From assembly GCA_963813815.1 (NCBI GenBank), contig CAWFAD010000007.1, positions 1 to 64,000 on the forward strand: DNA of 64,000 nucleotides. The letters run 5' to 3'. Numbering within the stretch: the first letter of the stretch is position 1; each line of letters starts with the position of its first letter. The position numbers were made by a program, and so were the translations under genes. Shown here piece after piece: positions 27,512-37,896 of this stretch. The notes under the pieces are model-generated. The model saw only the letters and a list, made by a program, of their open reading frames with translations. It did no database searches and was not told the origin of the DNA. Source of the stretch: an uncultured bacterium. Lineage in GTDB: Bacteria > Krumholzibacteriota > Krumholzibacteriia > Krumholzibacteriales > Krumholzibacteriaceae.

Positions 27512-29575
27512 TCACTCGAGAACCTTGATGTCGAAGGCGTCCCCTTCCTCGATGCTATCCACGACGTTCATTCCGCGCGTGACACGCCCGACGATCGTAT
27601 AGCGGCCGTCGAGATGCGGATGCTCCGTGTGCATGATGAAGAACTGGCTTCCCGCCGTATCCTTGCCGGAGTCGGCGAGACCGACGGCCCCCCGCCGGTA
27701 GTGGAAGAGATTGACCTCGTTGCGGAGATAGTATCCCGCGTCCGCCCAGCCGTCCCCGCGCGGGCATCCTCCCTGTATGACGAATCCGGGCACGATCCGG
27801 TGGAAGACCTGTCCCTTGTAGAATCCACGTCCGGCGAGCGTCAGGATGCTGCGCACGCCGTTCGGCGCGTCGTCGCCGTAGAGGAGAATCTCGATCTCCC
27901 CCCGCGCCGTCGTGACGAGGATTCTCCGGTTGCCGATGGGCGTCGACGGAGCTCCCCACGGGTAGGCGCCGCGATCCCCCGCGGCCCCGGAGCGGGCGGG
28001 TAGCGGAATCGCCACGCGGGAGGCGAGCGCGGCGGCGGCGGTCTTCGCGGCCGCCGCGACCCGCGCGTCCGTGTCTCCGTGCGCCTTGGCGAGAAAGGCG
28101 GGCAGGCCGAGGGCGGCGATCCGTTCCTCGTCGAGCTTCGTCGAGAGCGAGCGGATGGCCTCCACCGCAGCGAGCCGCCGGTCGCCCTCGATGCGGGAGG
28201 GGCGCCCGGCGTAGATCGCGGCGAGATCGGGGATGATGTCCGGGGAAGCGACCTTGCCGAGCGATTCGATCGCGATGCTCGCGACGACCCAGTCTTCCCC
28301 CTTCGCGGCGGCGAGGAGCGCGGCGAGGGGCGTCATCCCGCCGTTCGCCGCGTCGGGATCTCCGCACGGTTTGTCGAGATCCTTCGTTTTTTCCCAGCGG
28401 CCGAGGCCCGCCGCCGCCCCTTCGGCGAGGAGATATCCGCTCTCGCGGGAGAGGAGCTTGCCGCAGAGGAGCGGGAGATCCTCTTTCTCGCCGAGCGAGC
28501 CGAGAAGCTCGAGCGCCGTGCTCCGTTCCGGGGGCGAGCCCTTCTCGATCGCCTCGAGGAGGCGCGCTCTCGCCGCGTCCGGATCCGCTTTGGCCGCCGC
28601 TCCGAGCGCCGTCCGGCGCACCATGGGAGAGGCGTCGGCGAGCAGGGGCTCGATGAAGGGATACTGGCCTTTTCCCGCCGTGGCGGCGAGGGCTTCGAGC
28701 GCGGCGGTCTTGATATAAACGTCGTTCGAGGACAGGAGCGCCGCGAGCGCGTCGGCGCCGCCGCCGCTCTCGATCCGCCGCAGCGCCTCGGCGGCCTTGA
28801 TCGCGACCCATCGATCGGCGTCCTGCAGGAGCGCGGCGATGAGCGGTACGGAGGACTTGGTCTTGAGGCGCCCGAGCGCCTCGACGGCGCGAAGCCTTGC
28901 CCCGGCGTCGCCGCTCGCGAGGAGCTCCTCGATGAGATCCCTGCCCGCCTTGTATCCGAGGCGTCCCATGGCGTACGCGGCGCTCGCGGCGACGCGCGGA
29001 TCGTCGTCTTGGATCGCCGCTTGGCAATCGAAGGCCGCGGTCGAATCGCCGGCGAAGGCGAGGGCAATCGCGGCCTGGGCGCGCACCTCGCTCTTGAAGT
29101 GACGGAGATAGGGAAGAATGGCCAGCGCGGCCTGCTTTTTCCCCGTTATCCCGAGAGCCTCGAGCGCGCGAAGCCTCAGGTTCTCGTTCCCTCCGGCGAG
29201 CACGCGGGCGAGAGGGGCGATCGCCGTCGTGTCGCGGAGAAGGCCGAGCGAATAGACGGCGGTCTCGGCGACGCGCAGATCCTTGTCGGCGGCGAGCCGC
29301 GCGAGAACGTGCACGCCGGACGGATCGCCGACGCGTCCGAGAACCTCGGCGCATCGCACCCGCACGAGCGCGTCCTTGTCGGCCATGAGCTTCTCGAACG
29401 CGGGGCGGTCTATTCTCGCGGCGTGTTCCATCTCCGCGAGCGCGGCGAGCTTGCGCTGCCCGGCCGGGCGTTTCAGCAGAGCGTCGTACCGGCTCTTTTC
29501 CGCGCCGACGATCGCCGAGGACAGCGCCGCGGCTATCGCGAGGGCCGCGGCGGCCGTGAGAAGAGTGCGCCTCAT
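27512..29575 (-). CDS. Exported HEAT-repeat protein with C-terminal cyclophilin-type peptidyl-prolyl isomerase
   Basis: Signal peptide MRRTLLTAAAALA; repeated VR..AA.ALG units; FHRIVPGFVIQGGCP, GKDTAGSQFFI, HLDGRYT. Confidence 0.9.
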   Translation of the reverse strand: MRRTLLTAAAALAIAAALSSAIVGAEKSRYDALLKRPAGQRKLAALAEMEHAARIDRPAFEKLMADKDALVRVRCAEVLGRVGDPSGVHVLARLAADKDLRVAETAVYSLGLLRDTTAIAPLARVLAGGNENLRLRALEALGITGKKQAALAILPYLRHFKSEVRAQAAIALAFAGDSTAAFDCQAAIQDDDPRVAASAAYAMGRLGYKAGRDLIEELLASGDAGARLRAVEALGRLKTKSSVPLIAALLQDADRWVAIKAAEALRRIESGGGADALAALLSSNDVYIKTAALEALAATAGKGQYPFIEPLLADASPMVRRTALGAAAKADPDAARARLLEAIEKGSPPERSTALELLGSLGEKEDLPLLCGKLLSRESGYLLAEGAAAGLGRWEKTKDLDKPCGDPDAANGGMTPLAALLAAAKGEDWVVASIAIESLGKVASPDIIPDLAAIYAGRPSRIEGDRRLAAVEAIRSLSTKLDEERIAALGLPAFLAKAHGDTDARVAAAAKTAAAALASRVAIPLPARSGAAGDRGAYPWGAPSTPIGNRRILVTTARGEIEILLYGDDAPNGVRSILTLAGRGFYKGQVFHRIVPGFVIQGGCPRGDGWADAGYYLRNEVNLFHYRRGAVGLADSGKDTAGSQFFIMHTEHPHLDGRYTIVGRVTRGMNVVDSIEEGDAFDIKVLE

Positions 29576-29723
29576 GATTTCCTCCCTGTGAAGTTCCGGC
29601 TGTACTATACTATGGAACCGCGGCGGCGCCGGAGCGGTTTTTTCGAGGCGCCGGCGCCGCGCGCGGAGCGTTTCGGCGAACCGCAGGAGGGAAGGCACGA
29701 TCCTCGAGCGTCTCCATCCGCTC

Positions 29724-30419
29724 GTGAAGCTGCTCGCGGCAACGCTCGCGTGCTGCGCGGCGTTCCTCTTCGGGCCGTGGCACGTGCCCGCCGCTCTCGC
29801 CGCCGCCGCGGCCCTCCTGCAGTGCTCCAGCGGAGCCGGTCCCTCGAGGCTCCTTTCGACGCTCAGGACGCTCCCGGTGTTCGTCGCCATCATCGTTCTC
29901 GCGAGCGCCCTGCTCGTGAAGCATCCGGGCCCCTGGTGGAACGGCCCCGCGGCCGGGCTCGTGCAGAGCGCGCGCGTCGTCGCGACGATCCTCGTCGCGG
30001 ATCTTTTTCTCGCGGTCACCGATCCGGTCGACCTGTCGGACGCGCTCTTCCGGGCGCTCCGGCCGCTCGAGCGCGCGGGGGTCCGCGCGGGGGAGCTCTC
30101 GCTCATGGTGATGCTCGTGGCGAGCTTCGCGCCGCTCATGATCGAGGAGGCGCGGCGCCTCGAGCTCGCGCGGGCCGCGCGATGCGGTTTTCCGGGGCGC
30201 GGCCCCGCCGCGCTTCGCTCGGCCGTGCCGCTCATCGCGCCGCTCGTCGCCGGGGTGCTGCGCCGCGCCGACGAGATCGATCTCGCGCTGCGCGCCCGCG
30301 CCTTTCGTCTCGGCGCTCCGCGGAGCGCTCTGCGGGGCGGGGGGCTCTCGGCGTCGGATTGGGCCGTCGCGGGGGCGTTTCTCTGCGTTTTTCTCGCGGG
30401 TGTCTATGCGCAATTTTAA
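29724..30419 (+). CDS. ECF transporter transmembrane component T (EcfT/CbiQ); start uncertain
   Basis: Upstream in-frame LERLHPLVKL, TDPVDL, two A-R motifs (ARAARCG, ALRARAF); directly before truA. Confidence 0.75.
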   Translation: MKLLAATLACCAAFLFGPWHVPAALAAAAALLQCSSGAGPSRLLSTLRTLPVFVAIIVLASALLVKHPGPWWNGPAAGLVQSARVVATILVADLFLAVTDPVDLSDALFRALRPLERAGVRAGELSLMVMLVASFAPLMIEEARRLELARAARCGFPGRGPAALRSAVPLIAPLVAGVLRRADEIDLALRARAFRLGAPRSALRGGGLSASDWAVAGAFLCVFLAGVYAQF

Positions 30420-31128
30420 GGCCGTTCTCGAATACGACGGATTCGGCTTCCACGGTTGGCAGGTGCAGCCCGGGCTCCGCACCGTTCAGGGGGAGCTCAT
30501 GCGGGCGATCGAGGAAGTGACGGGCGAGCGGAGCGCGGTGACGGGCGCCGGCCGGACCGACGCGGGGGTTCACGCGACCGCCCAGGTCGCGAGCTTCCTC
30601 TCGGCGACGCGTCTCGATCCGGCGACCGTGCGCCGTGCGCTCAACGCGCGCCTTCCCGCCGACGTCCGCGTCTCAGCCGTGGAGGAGGCGCCGCGGGATT
30701 TCAACGCGCGCTTCGACGCGCGGAGCCGGAGCTACCGGTATTGCCTGATCCGCCGCCCGACCGCGCTGTGGCGCGGGCATTATCACCTCGTCGAGGGCGC
30801 GCTCGACCTCCCCGCGATGCGCCGCTCGCTCGGGGATCTCGTCGGCGAGCGCGATTTCGCGAGCTTCACGACCGCCGAGGGGAGGGAAGCGGCCAGCCGC
30901 TGCCGCGTCATATCGGCCGAGCTCCTCGAGTCGCCGCCTCTCGTGGCGATCGCCGTCACCGCCGACCGTTTCCTGCACAAGATGATGAGGCTCATAGCCG
31001 GAACCGTGCTCGAGATCGGTTACGGCAAACCCTGGAGCGCGGCGGAGATCATCGAGGCGCGCGACCCCTCCCGCGCCGGGCCGGCCCTTCCCCCGCACGC
31101 CCTCTATCTCATGAAGGTCGAGTATTGA
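30406..31128 (+). CDS. truA: tRNA pseudouridine(38-40) synthase
   Basis: YDGFGFHGWQ, AGRTDAGVHA, FNARF, FLHKMMR. Confidence 0.96.
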   Translation: MRNFKAVLEYDGFGFHGWQVQPGLRTVQGELMRAIEEVTGERSAVTGAGRTDAGVHATAQVASFLSATRLDPATVRRALNARLPADVRVSAVEEAPRDFNARFDARSRSYRYCLIRRPTALWRGHYHLVEGALDLPAMRRSLGDLVGERDFASFTTAEGREAASRCRVISAELLESPPLVAIAVTADRFLHKMMRLIAGTVLEIGYGKPWSAAEIIEARDPSRAGPALPPHALYLMKVEY

Positions 31129-31245
31129 CGCGGCCGGCGCCTTCGCGGTCCGCCGCGGCCGCCCTCCCGCCCGGCCGGTAACACGATTTTTGGCAACAAG
31201 TTGCCCGTGAACGGCGCCGGGAGGCCCCTTTTCCCGGGAAAGGGG

Positions 31246-31274
31246 TTGTCCGCCCGGGGCCGAGCATGTATAAT
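31246..31274 (+). promoter_or_regulatory. Sigma70-type promoter for tal-htrA-pur cluster
   Basis: TTGTCC-17 nt-TATAAT. Confidence 0.7.
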
Positions 31275-31336
31275 CCCCTTTTCCGACGACCCGCTCTGGA
31301 ATTGCATACGGAATCACCTCGAGAAACGGAGGCGTT

Positions 31337-31984
31337 ATGAAATTTTTCATCGACACGGCGAATCTCTCGGAAATACGAGAAGCCGCGTCCCTCGGCATCA
31401 TCGACGGATGCACGACGAATCCGACGCTCCTCTCGAAGGAGAAGGGCTCCTACAAGGAGATCCTCGCCGAGATCTGCACGATCATCGAGGGGCCGGTGAG
31501 CGCGGAGGTCGTTTCGCTCGACGCGGACGGGATGGTGAAGGAGGGGAAAGAGCTCTGCAAGATAGCCGATAACATCATTATAAAGGTTCCCTGCATCCGC
31601 GAGGGGGTCAAGGCTCTCGGGATGTTCAAGAGAGAGGGCATACAGACGAACGCGACGCTCTGCTTCTCGGCGAATCAGGGGCTTCTCGTCGCCAAGGCGG
31701 GCGCGACGTTCGTGAGCCCCTTCGTCGGCAGGATCGACGACGTCGGCAACCCGGGCATGGATCTCATCCGAGAGATCGTGCAGATCTATCAGAACTACGC
31801 GTTTTCGACGCAGGTCATCGTCTCGAGCGTGCGCCATCCGCAGCACGTCTACGAATCGGCGCTGTGCGGCGCGGACGTGGCGACGATCCCGTTCAAGGTG
31901 CTCGAGCAACTCTTCAAGCACCCGCTCACGGACGCCGGCATCAAGAGCTTCCTCGCCGATTGGGAGAAAGTGCAGAAGAAGTAG
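31337..31984 (+). CDS. tal: Transaldolase (small FSA/TalC family)
   Basis: FFIDTAN, TTNPTL, VSAEV (Glu), IKVP, SPFVGR (Phe); the Glu/Phe pair favours transaldolase over FSA. Confidence 0.9.
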   Translation: MKFFIDTANLSEIREAASLGIIDGCTTNPTLLSKEKGSYKEILAEICTIIEGPVSAEVVSLDADGMVKEGKELCKIADNIIIKVPCIREGVKALGMFKREGIQTNATLCFSANQGLLVAKAGATFVSPFVGRIDDVGNPGMDLIREIVQIYQNYAFSTQVIVSSVRHPQHVYESALCGADVATIPFKVLEQLFKHPLTDAGIKSFLADWEKVQKK

Positions 31985-32065
31985 CCGCGATCCGGCTCGC
32001 GCCGCGGACGCTCCCGCCGCCCGGGCGCGTCGTCCCCGGCGGATCGCCGGGCGGGAGAATCGGCC

Positions 32066-33271
32066 ATGAAACCCTTCGATTCGAAATGGGAACGGCTCGC
32101 CCCTATCCTCATCGGGGCCCTCTTCGGAGTGTGCGCTGCACTGCTCGTCGTCTCCATCGTCATGTTCAAGCGGGCCGAGGAGCGGGGGCTCTCGTGGACG
32201 CTCGGGCGCGGCAGCGTGGCGCCCCCGACGGCCGGCGAGGAGCGCTCGGCGGCGATCGTCGAGGCGACGCGGCTCGCGAGCCCGGCGGTCGTGTCGGTCA
32301 CGGCGCTCCTCACGAAGGACGTGACCTCCAACCCCTACCTCTACTACCAGTACCTCCAGCAGTACTACTTCAACCCGTCCTTTCAAGCGCGGATGCGCGA
32401 CGGCCGCCCGGTCATAGAGTATTCGAGCTTCGGTTCGGGCGTCGTGCTCGCCCCCGAGGGGTACGTTCTCACGAACGAGCACGTCATCCGGGACGCGGAG
32501 CGGATATTCGTCACGATGAACGACGGAACGCAGACCGAGGCGAGGCTCATCGGCGCGGCGGCCGCCTACGATCTCGCGCTCCTCAAGATCGACGGGAAAA
32601 ACCTTCCGTACGCGCGGCTCGGCGATTCCGACCGTCTCGCCATCGGCGAATGGGTGATCGCCATCGGCAATCCGTTCGGCTACCTGCTCGACGATCCGCA
32701 GCCGAGCGTGACGGTCGGGGTCGTGAGCGCGCTGCACCGCGACGTGCGCGCGCCGAACACCATTTTCAACAACATGATCCAGACGGACGCCGCGATCAAT
32801 CCGGGCAACAGCGGCGGTCCGCTCGTGTCGAGCGCGGGGGAGGTCGTCGGCGTCAATACCTTCATATTCTCCACGCAGGAGGGCTCGATTCCGGGCATGA
32901 GCTTCGCCATCCCGATCAACACGGCGAAAATGGTGATCGACGAAATCAATCATTACGGGCGCGTGCGGTCCACGTGGACCGGCATCGCGGTGATCGAGCT
33001 CACTTCCGAGGAGGCCCGTCGCCGCCGGCTCGACGTCGACCACGGGCTCTACGTGGATCGGGTCGATCCGGGGCAGCCGGGGGCGGAGGCCGGCATCCGG
33101 CGCGGGGACGTCATTCTCATGGTGAACGGGATGAACGTCCGCACGCAGCAGCAGTCCACGCGGGCGATATTCGGTCTCAAGGTGGGGGACGAGACCGAGA
33201 TCGTCGTCCGCCGCGGCGGGAAAGAGGAGACGCTCAGGCTCAGACTCGGCGAGCGGCCGCGCGGCGCCTAA
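32066..33271 (+). CDS. HtrA/DegP-family serine protease with PDZ domain
   Basis: N-terminal TM, GSGV, LTNEHV, DLALLK, QTDAAINPGNSGGPL. Confidence 0.95.
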   Translation: MKPFDSKWERLAPILIGALFGVCAALLVVSIVMFKRAEERGLSWTLGRGSVAPPTAGEERSAAIVEATRLASPAVVSVTALLTKDVTSNPYLYYQYLQQYYFNPSFQARMRDGRPVIEYSSFGSGVVLAPEGYVLTNEHVIRDAERIFVTMNDGTQTEARLIGAAAAYDLALLKIDGKNLPYARLGDSDRLAIGEWVIAIGNPFGYLLDDPQPSVTVGVVSALHRDVRAPNTIFNNMIQTDAAINPGNSGGPLVSSAGEVVGVNTFIFSTQEGSIPGMSFAIPINTAKMVIDEINHYGRVRSTWTGIAVIELTSEEARRRRLDVDHGLYVDRVDPGQPGAEAGIRRGDVILMVNGMNVRTQQQSTRAIFGLKVGDETEIVVRRGGKEETLRLRLGERPRGA

Positions 33272-33299
33272 CGCGCCCCCGGCCGAGAGGAGGATTCGA

Positions 33300-34595
33300 T
33301 TGATTCCACGGTATTCCGTTCCCGAGCTCACGCGGATCTGGTCGGACGAGTACCGCTTCGATCTCTGGCGCGAAATCGAAGTGCTCTACTGCGAGGGCAT
33401 GGCCGCGTACGGGATCATCCCGAAGCGCGCCGCGCGCGAGATCCGCGCCCGGGCGGGCTTCGACGTCAAGCGAATCGAGAAGATCGAGGAGCGCGTCCGG
33501 CACGACGTGATCGCCTTCCTCACCGACATGTCGAGCCGGATCGGGCCTTCGGGACGGTATCTCCACCTCGGCATGACGAGCTCCGATCTGCTCGATACGG
33601 CGCTCGCGTGCCAGATGACGGCCGCGGGGCGCGAGATCGCGGCGCGTCTCGGGAAGCTCAGGACCGTTCTCCGCCGTCAGGCGATCCGGCACCGGCGCAC
33701 GCCGATGATCGGCCGCACGCACGGAATGCACGCGGAGCCCATCACGTTCGGGCTCAAGCTGCTCGTGTGGCACGAGGAGATCGGACGGGGGATCGATCGC
33801 CTCGAGGCCGCGATCGAGGAGGTGCGCGTCGGCAAGATGACCGGGGCCGTCGGCACGCAGACGCACATCGACCACCGCGTCGAGCGGTTCGTCATGAAGC
33901 GGCTCGGCCTCGCGACGGCGAAGGCGACGACCCAAATCATCCAGCGGGATCGGCACGCCGCGTTCGTCACCTCGCTCGCTCTCGCCGCCGCGTCGCTCGA
34001 GAAAATGGCGGTCGAGATACGCTCGCTCCAGCGCTCCGACATCAGCGAGGCGGAGGAACCCTTTACGCGCGGGCAAAAAGGCTCGAGCGCGATGCCGCAC
34101 AAGCGCAATCCGATCCTCTGCGAGCGCATCTGCGGCATGGCGCGCATCATCCGGGCGAACTCGCTCGCGGCGCAGGAGAACGTCGCGCTCTGGCACGAGC
34201 GCGACATCAGCCACTCCTCGGTCGAGCGGGTCATCCTGCCCGATTCGACGATGCTGCTCGCGTACATGATCGAGAAGTTCACGTGGATCCTGTCGGATCT
34301 CGGCGTGAACAAGAAGCGGATGCGCGAGAACCTCGAGCGCACGGGAGGGCTCGTGTTCTCCGAGCACGTGCTGCTCCGCCTCGTCGACCGGGGCATCCCC
34401 CGCGAGGAGGCGTACTCGATCGTGCAGGACGCGGCGATGGAGAGCATGCGGACGGGCCGGAGCTTCCGTGAGCTCCTCGCGGGCGACCGGCGCGCTCGCT
34501 CGCTCCTCTCCGCGGAGGAGATCGCGGATCTCTTCGATCTCGACGCGCATTTCAAGAAGATCGATTTTATTTTCAAGCGGACGCTCGGGCGGTGA
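33300..34595 (+). CDS. purB: Adenylosuccinate lyase
   Basis: MIPRYS, RHDVIAF, GRTHGMHAEP, GSSAMPHKRNP, HERDISHSS. Confidence 0.97.
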   Translation: MIPRYSVPELTRIWSDEYRFDLWREIEVLYCEGMAAYGIIPKRAAREIRARAGFDVKRIEKIEERVRHDVIAFLTDMSSRIGPSGRYLHLGMTSSDLLDTALACQMTAAGREIAARLGKLRTVLRRQAIRHRRTPMIGRTHGMHAEPITFGLKLLVWHEEIGRGIDRLEAAIEEVRVGKMTGAVGTQTHIDHRVERFVMKRLGLATAKATTQIIQRDRHAAFVTSLALAAASLEKMAVEIRSLQRSDISEAEEPFTRGQKGSSAMPHKRNPILCERICGMARIIRANSLAAQENVALWHERDISHSSVERVILPDSTMLLAYMIEKFTWILSDLGVNKKRMRENLERTGGLVFSEHVLLRLVDRGIPREEAYSIVQDAAMESMRTGRSFRELLAGDRRARSLLSAEEIADLFDLDAHFKKIDFIFKRTLGR

Positions 34596-34660
34596 GGGGC
34601 GGGTTCCCGCTCCTTTGGCCGCATGCCGGCGTCCCGGTTCATCACCGGTAACGAGACAGG

Positions 34661-37062
34661 ATGGCACGCATGGGCGCTCCTCTCACGGGTGTCGTTTCGA
34701 TACGGGGATTGACGGACGAACGAATCGCCGAAACGCTCTCGCGGAACGGCTTCAACATCACGCCGGGCGAGGCCCGGCGCGTGACCGAGCTGCTCGGCCG
34801 CGATCCGACCGCGGTGGAGCTCACGATATTCAACACGATGTGGAGCGAGCACTGCAGCTACAAGAGCAGCCGCCGGATTCTCAAGGAGCACCTCCCCGTC
34901 GAGGCGCCGAACGTCGTGCTCGGACCGGGGGAGGACGCCGGGATCGTGCGCTTCGCCCCGGCCGGGGACGGGGATTGGTGGTGTCTCGTCATCGGGCACG
35001 AGAGCCACAACCACCCCTCGCAGGTCGTTCCCGTCGAGGGGGCCGCGACGGGCATCGGCGGCATCGTGCGCGACGTCTACTGCATGGGCGCGGACGTCGT
35101 CGGCGTGCTCGATCCGCTCCGGTTCGGCGATCCGGCGGGGCCGAAGGGTCAGCAGGCGGTCGCGATCGCGCGGGGGGTCGTCGAGGGGATCGCACAGTAC
35201 GGCAACGCGCTCGGGGTGCCGAACCTCGGCGGCGACATCGTCTTCGACCGCGGCTACGACGACAACTGCCTCGTGAACGTCGTCGCGGCGGGGATCGTGC
35301 TCGAGTCGCGCATCATCCGCAGCCGCGTTCCCGACGAGGCGCGGCGGACGCCCTACGTCATGATCCTCATCGGCAAGCCCACGGACGATTCGGGGTTCGG
35401 CGGAGCGGCCTTCGCCTCGGAGGACCTCGCCGGCGAGGAGAAAGCCAACCGGGGCGCCGTGCAGGTGCCCGATCCGTTCCTCAAGCGCGTGCTCGCCGAG
35501 GCGACGAAGAAGGTCGTCGAGGCGGCTCGCGCGCGCGGGGTCGCGATCGGTTTCAAGGATCTCGGCGCCGGCGGCATCGCCTGCGCCACATCCGAAATGG
35601 CGGACGCCGGCGGCTTCGGCGTGAAGCTCGATCTCGACAAGGTCAGGACGGCGCTCGGACATTTCCCGCCGGCCGTGGTCTCGTGCAGCGAGACGCAGGA
35701 GCGGTACGCCATGGCGGTGCCGCGCGAGTTCGCCGACGAGGTGCTCAGAATCTACAACGAGGATTTCGAGCTCCCGCGCATCTATCACGGCGCGGGCGCC
35801 TCGGTCATCGGCGAGATCACGCTCGAGCCCAACTACTCGATCGAGACCGCGGAGGGCCTCGTCTGCGCGGCCCCCGTCGGGGTGATCACGACGGGAATCG
35901 CCTACGACCGGACGGGGAAACCGCGTTTGCGGCGCTTCGAGGAGCCGGCGCTCGATCCCCGGAGATCGCTCCGGGAGGATTTTCTCGCGCTCCTCTCCTC
36001 GCCCAACATCGCATCGAAGAACCACGTTTTCCGCCGCTACGACTCGGAGGTGCAGGGACGGGCCGTGCTGCGGCCGGGGGAGGCGGACGCCGCCGTCATC
36101 GCCCCCCTTCCGGGCGAGCGGGTCGGTCTCGCCTTCTCCGTCGACGGCAACCCGTTCTACGGTCTCATCGATCCCTACCAGGGAGGGGCGCTCGCCGTCT
36201 GCGAGAGCGTCCGGAACGTCGCCTCGGTGGGGGGCGTGCCCGCGACGATCACCGACTGCCTCAACTACGGCAACCCGGAGGTCGAGGAGGTGTTCTGGGA
36301 ATTCGTCGAGGGGGTGCGCGGCATCGGCGACGCCTGCCGCGGCATCGGGCACCTCTCGCACGAGGGGGCGCCGCTGCCGATCGTGTCGGGAAACGTGAGC
36401 TTCTACAACCAGAACGAGGCGGGCAAGCCGGTCCCTCCTTCCCCCGTCGTCTGCTGCGCCGGCGTCGTCGACGATTACTCGCGTTGCCGGTCGATCCAGC
36501 TCAAGGAGGAAGGGAGCGCGCTCTACCTCCTCGGCGAGATACTCGACGAGCTCGGCGGGAGCGAGTACTACCGCGTGATCTACGGCGCGCTCGGCGCCAA
36601 CGTGCCGAAGGCGGATTTTCTGCGCGAGCGCGCGCTCGCCGGCACCGTCATCGAGATGCACCGGCTCGGAGTGGTGCGCGCGTGCCACGACGTGGGGCAG
36701 GGCGGACTCCTCACGGCGCTCGCCGAGATGGCGCTCGGAGGGCGCGGCGCGGGAACGCTCGGTTTCACGCTCGACCTCGACGCGCTCGCGCCGCTCGGAC
36801 TTCGGCCCGAGAAGCTCCTCTTCGCGGAGACGGGCGCGTATCTCGTCGAAACGCCGCCCGGCATCGAGCGCGAGATGCTCGCCCTCTGCGCGAGAAACCG
36901 CGTGAAGCTCTTCAGGCTCGGGGAGGTGCGGGAGGCGCCGCGGCTCGAGGTCGTGGCCGGGGGGAGACGATGGCGCGCTGGAAGCTCGATGAGCTTCGCG
37001 ACGCGTACCTCGAGGCCTGCCGCCCGATATTCGGCGTCGAAGACAAGAGGAAAGGAGCATAG
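34661..37062 (+). CDS. purL: FGAM synthase small PurL subunit; apparent single-base deletion in G run 36959-36964
   Basis: MWSEHCSYKSS, ESHNHPS, GAATGIGGIVRD, DLGAGG, SETQER, DCLNYGNP, VSGNVS. The plausible C-terminus (ARWKLDELRDAY..KGA stop 37062) is in another frame and abuts purQ. Confidence 0.93.
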
Positions 37063-37896
37063 GTGGCCAAGTCCTTCAGGGGCGCCGTCGCGGTCATTCA
37101 GTTTCCCGGCGTGAACTGCGAATACGAGAGCGCCGCCGCCGTGCGCTCGGTCGGCCTCGGGGCGGAGATCTTCCGCTGGAACGAGAGCCCCGCGGCGCTC
37201 GAAGACTCCATCGGCATCGTTCTCCCCGGCGGCTTTTCCTATCAGGACCGTATCCGCGCGGGGGTCGTCGCGGCGAAGGACCGCGTCATGGACGCGGTGA
37301 GCGCGCTGGCGCGCGGCGGGAAGCCGGTGCTCGGGATCTGCAACGGCGCCCAGGTGCTCGTCGAGGCGGGGCTCATCCCGGGCATTCACTGGGAGAAGGT
37401 CGACCTCGCGCTCGCCCCGAACGTCATGGCCGACCGCGAGGGGTACTACTGCAATTGGGTGTACCTGCGCCGCGAGAGATCGAGCTGTTTCTGGACGGGG
37501 CTCTACCGCGACGACGAAGTCATTCCCGTGCCCGTCGCGCACGCCGAGGGGCGCTTCACGACCGAGGACGCGGGCGTGCTCGAGGAGATGAAGCGCGGGG
37601 GGCAGGTGGCGCTGCGATACTGCGACGCCTCCGGCGCCGTCGCCGATTCGTTCCCCGCGAACCCGAACGGCTCCGTGGAGTCGATCGCCGGCGTCTGCAA
37701 CCGCGAGGGGAACGTGCTGGCCCTCATGCCGCACCCCGAGCGCGCGACGTGGCTGCGGCAGGTCCCCGAGGATCTCGGCGACGGATGGGCCAAGCGCCGC
37801 CGCGCCGCCGCGGGCTCCCCCGGACGGCTCGAGGAAGAGGGGCCGGGGCGCCGGTTCTTCGCCGCTCTCGGCGGAGCGAAGGGAGGCTCGCGATGA
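37063..37896 (+). CDS. purQ: FGAM synthase glutaminase subunit
   Basis: FPGVNC, PGGFSYQD, LGICNG, AHAEG, NPNGS, MPHPER. Confidence 0.96.
   Translation: MAKSFRGAVAVIQFPGVNCEYESAAAVRSVGLGAEIFRWNESPAALEDSIGIVLPGGFSYQDRIRAGVVAAKDRVMDAVSALARGGKPVLGICNGAQVLVEAGLIPGIHWEKVDLALAPNVMADREGYYCNWVYLRRERSSCFWTGLYRDDEVIPVPVAHAEGRFTTEDAGVLEEMKRGGQVALRYCDASGAVADSFPANPNGSVESIAGVCNREGNVLALMPHPERATWLRQVPEDLGDGWAKRRRAAAGSPGRLEEEGPGRRFFAALGGAKGGSR

Noticed and set aside
31191..31204. Sigma54 promoter TGGCAACAAGTTGC
   Set aside because: GG-to-GC spacing is 9, not the required 10
33677..37060. 1127-aa minus-strand ORF
   Set aside because: Antisense shadow of purB/purL
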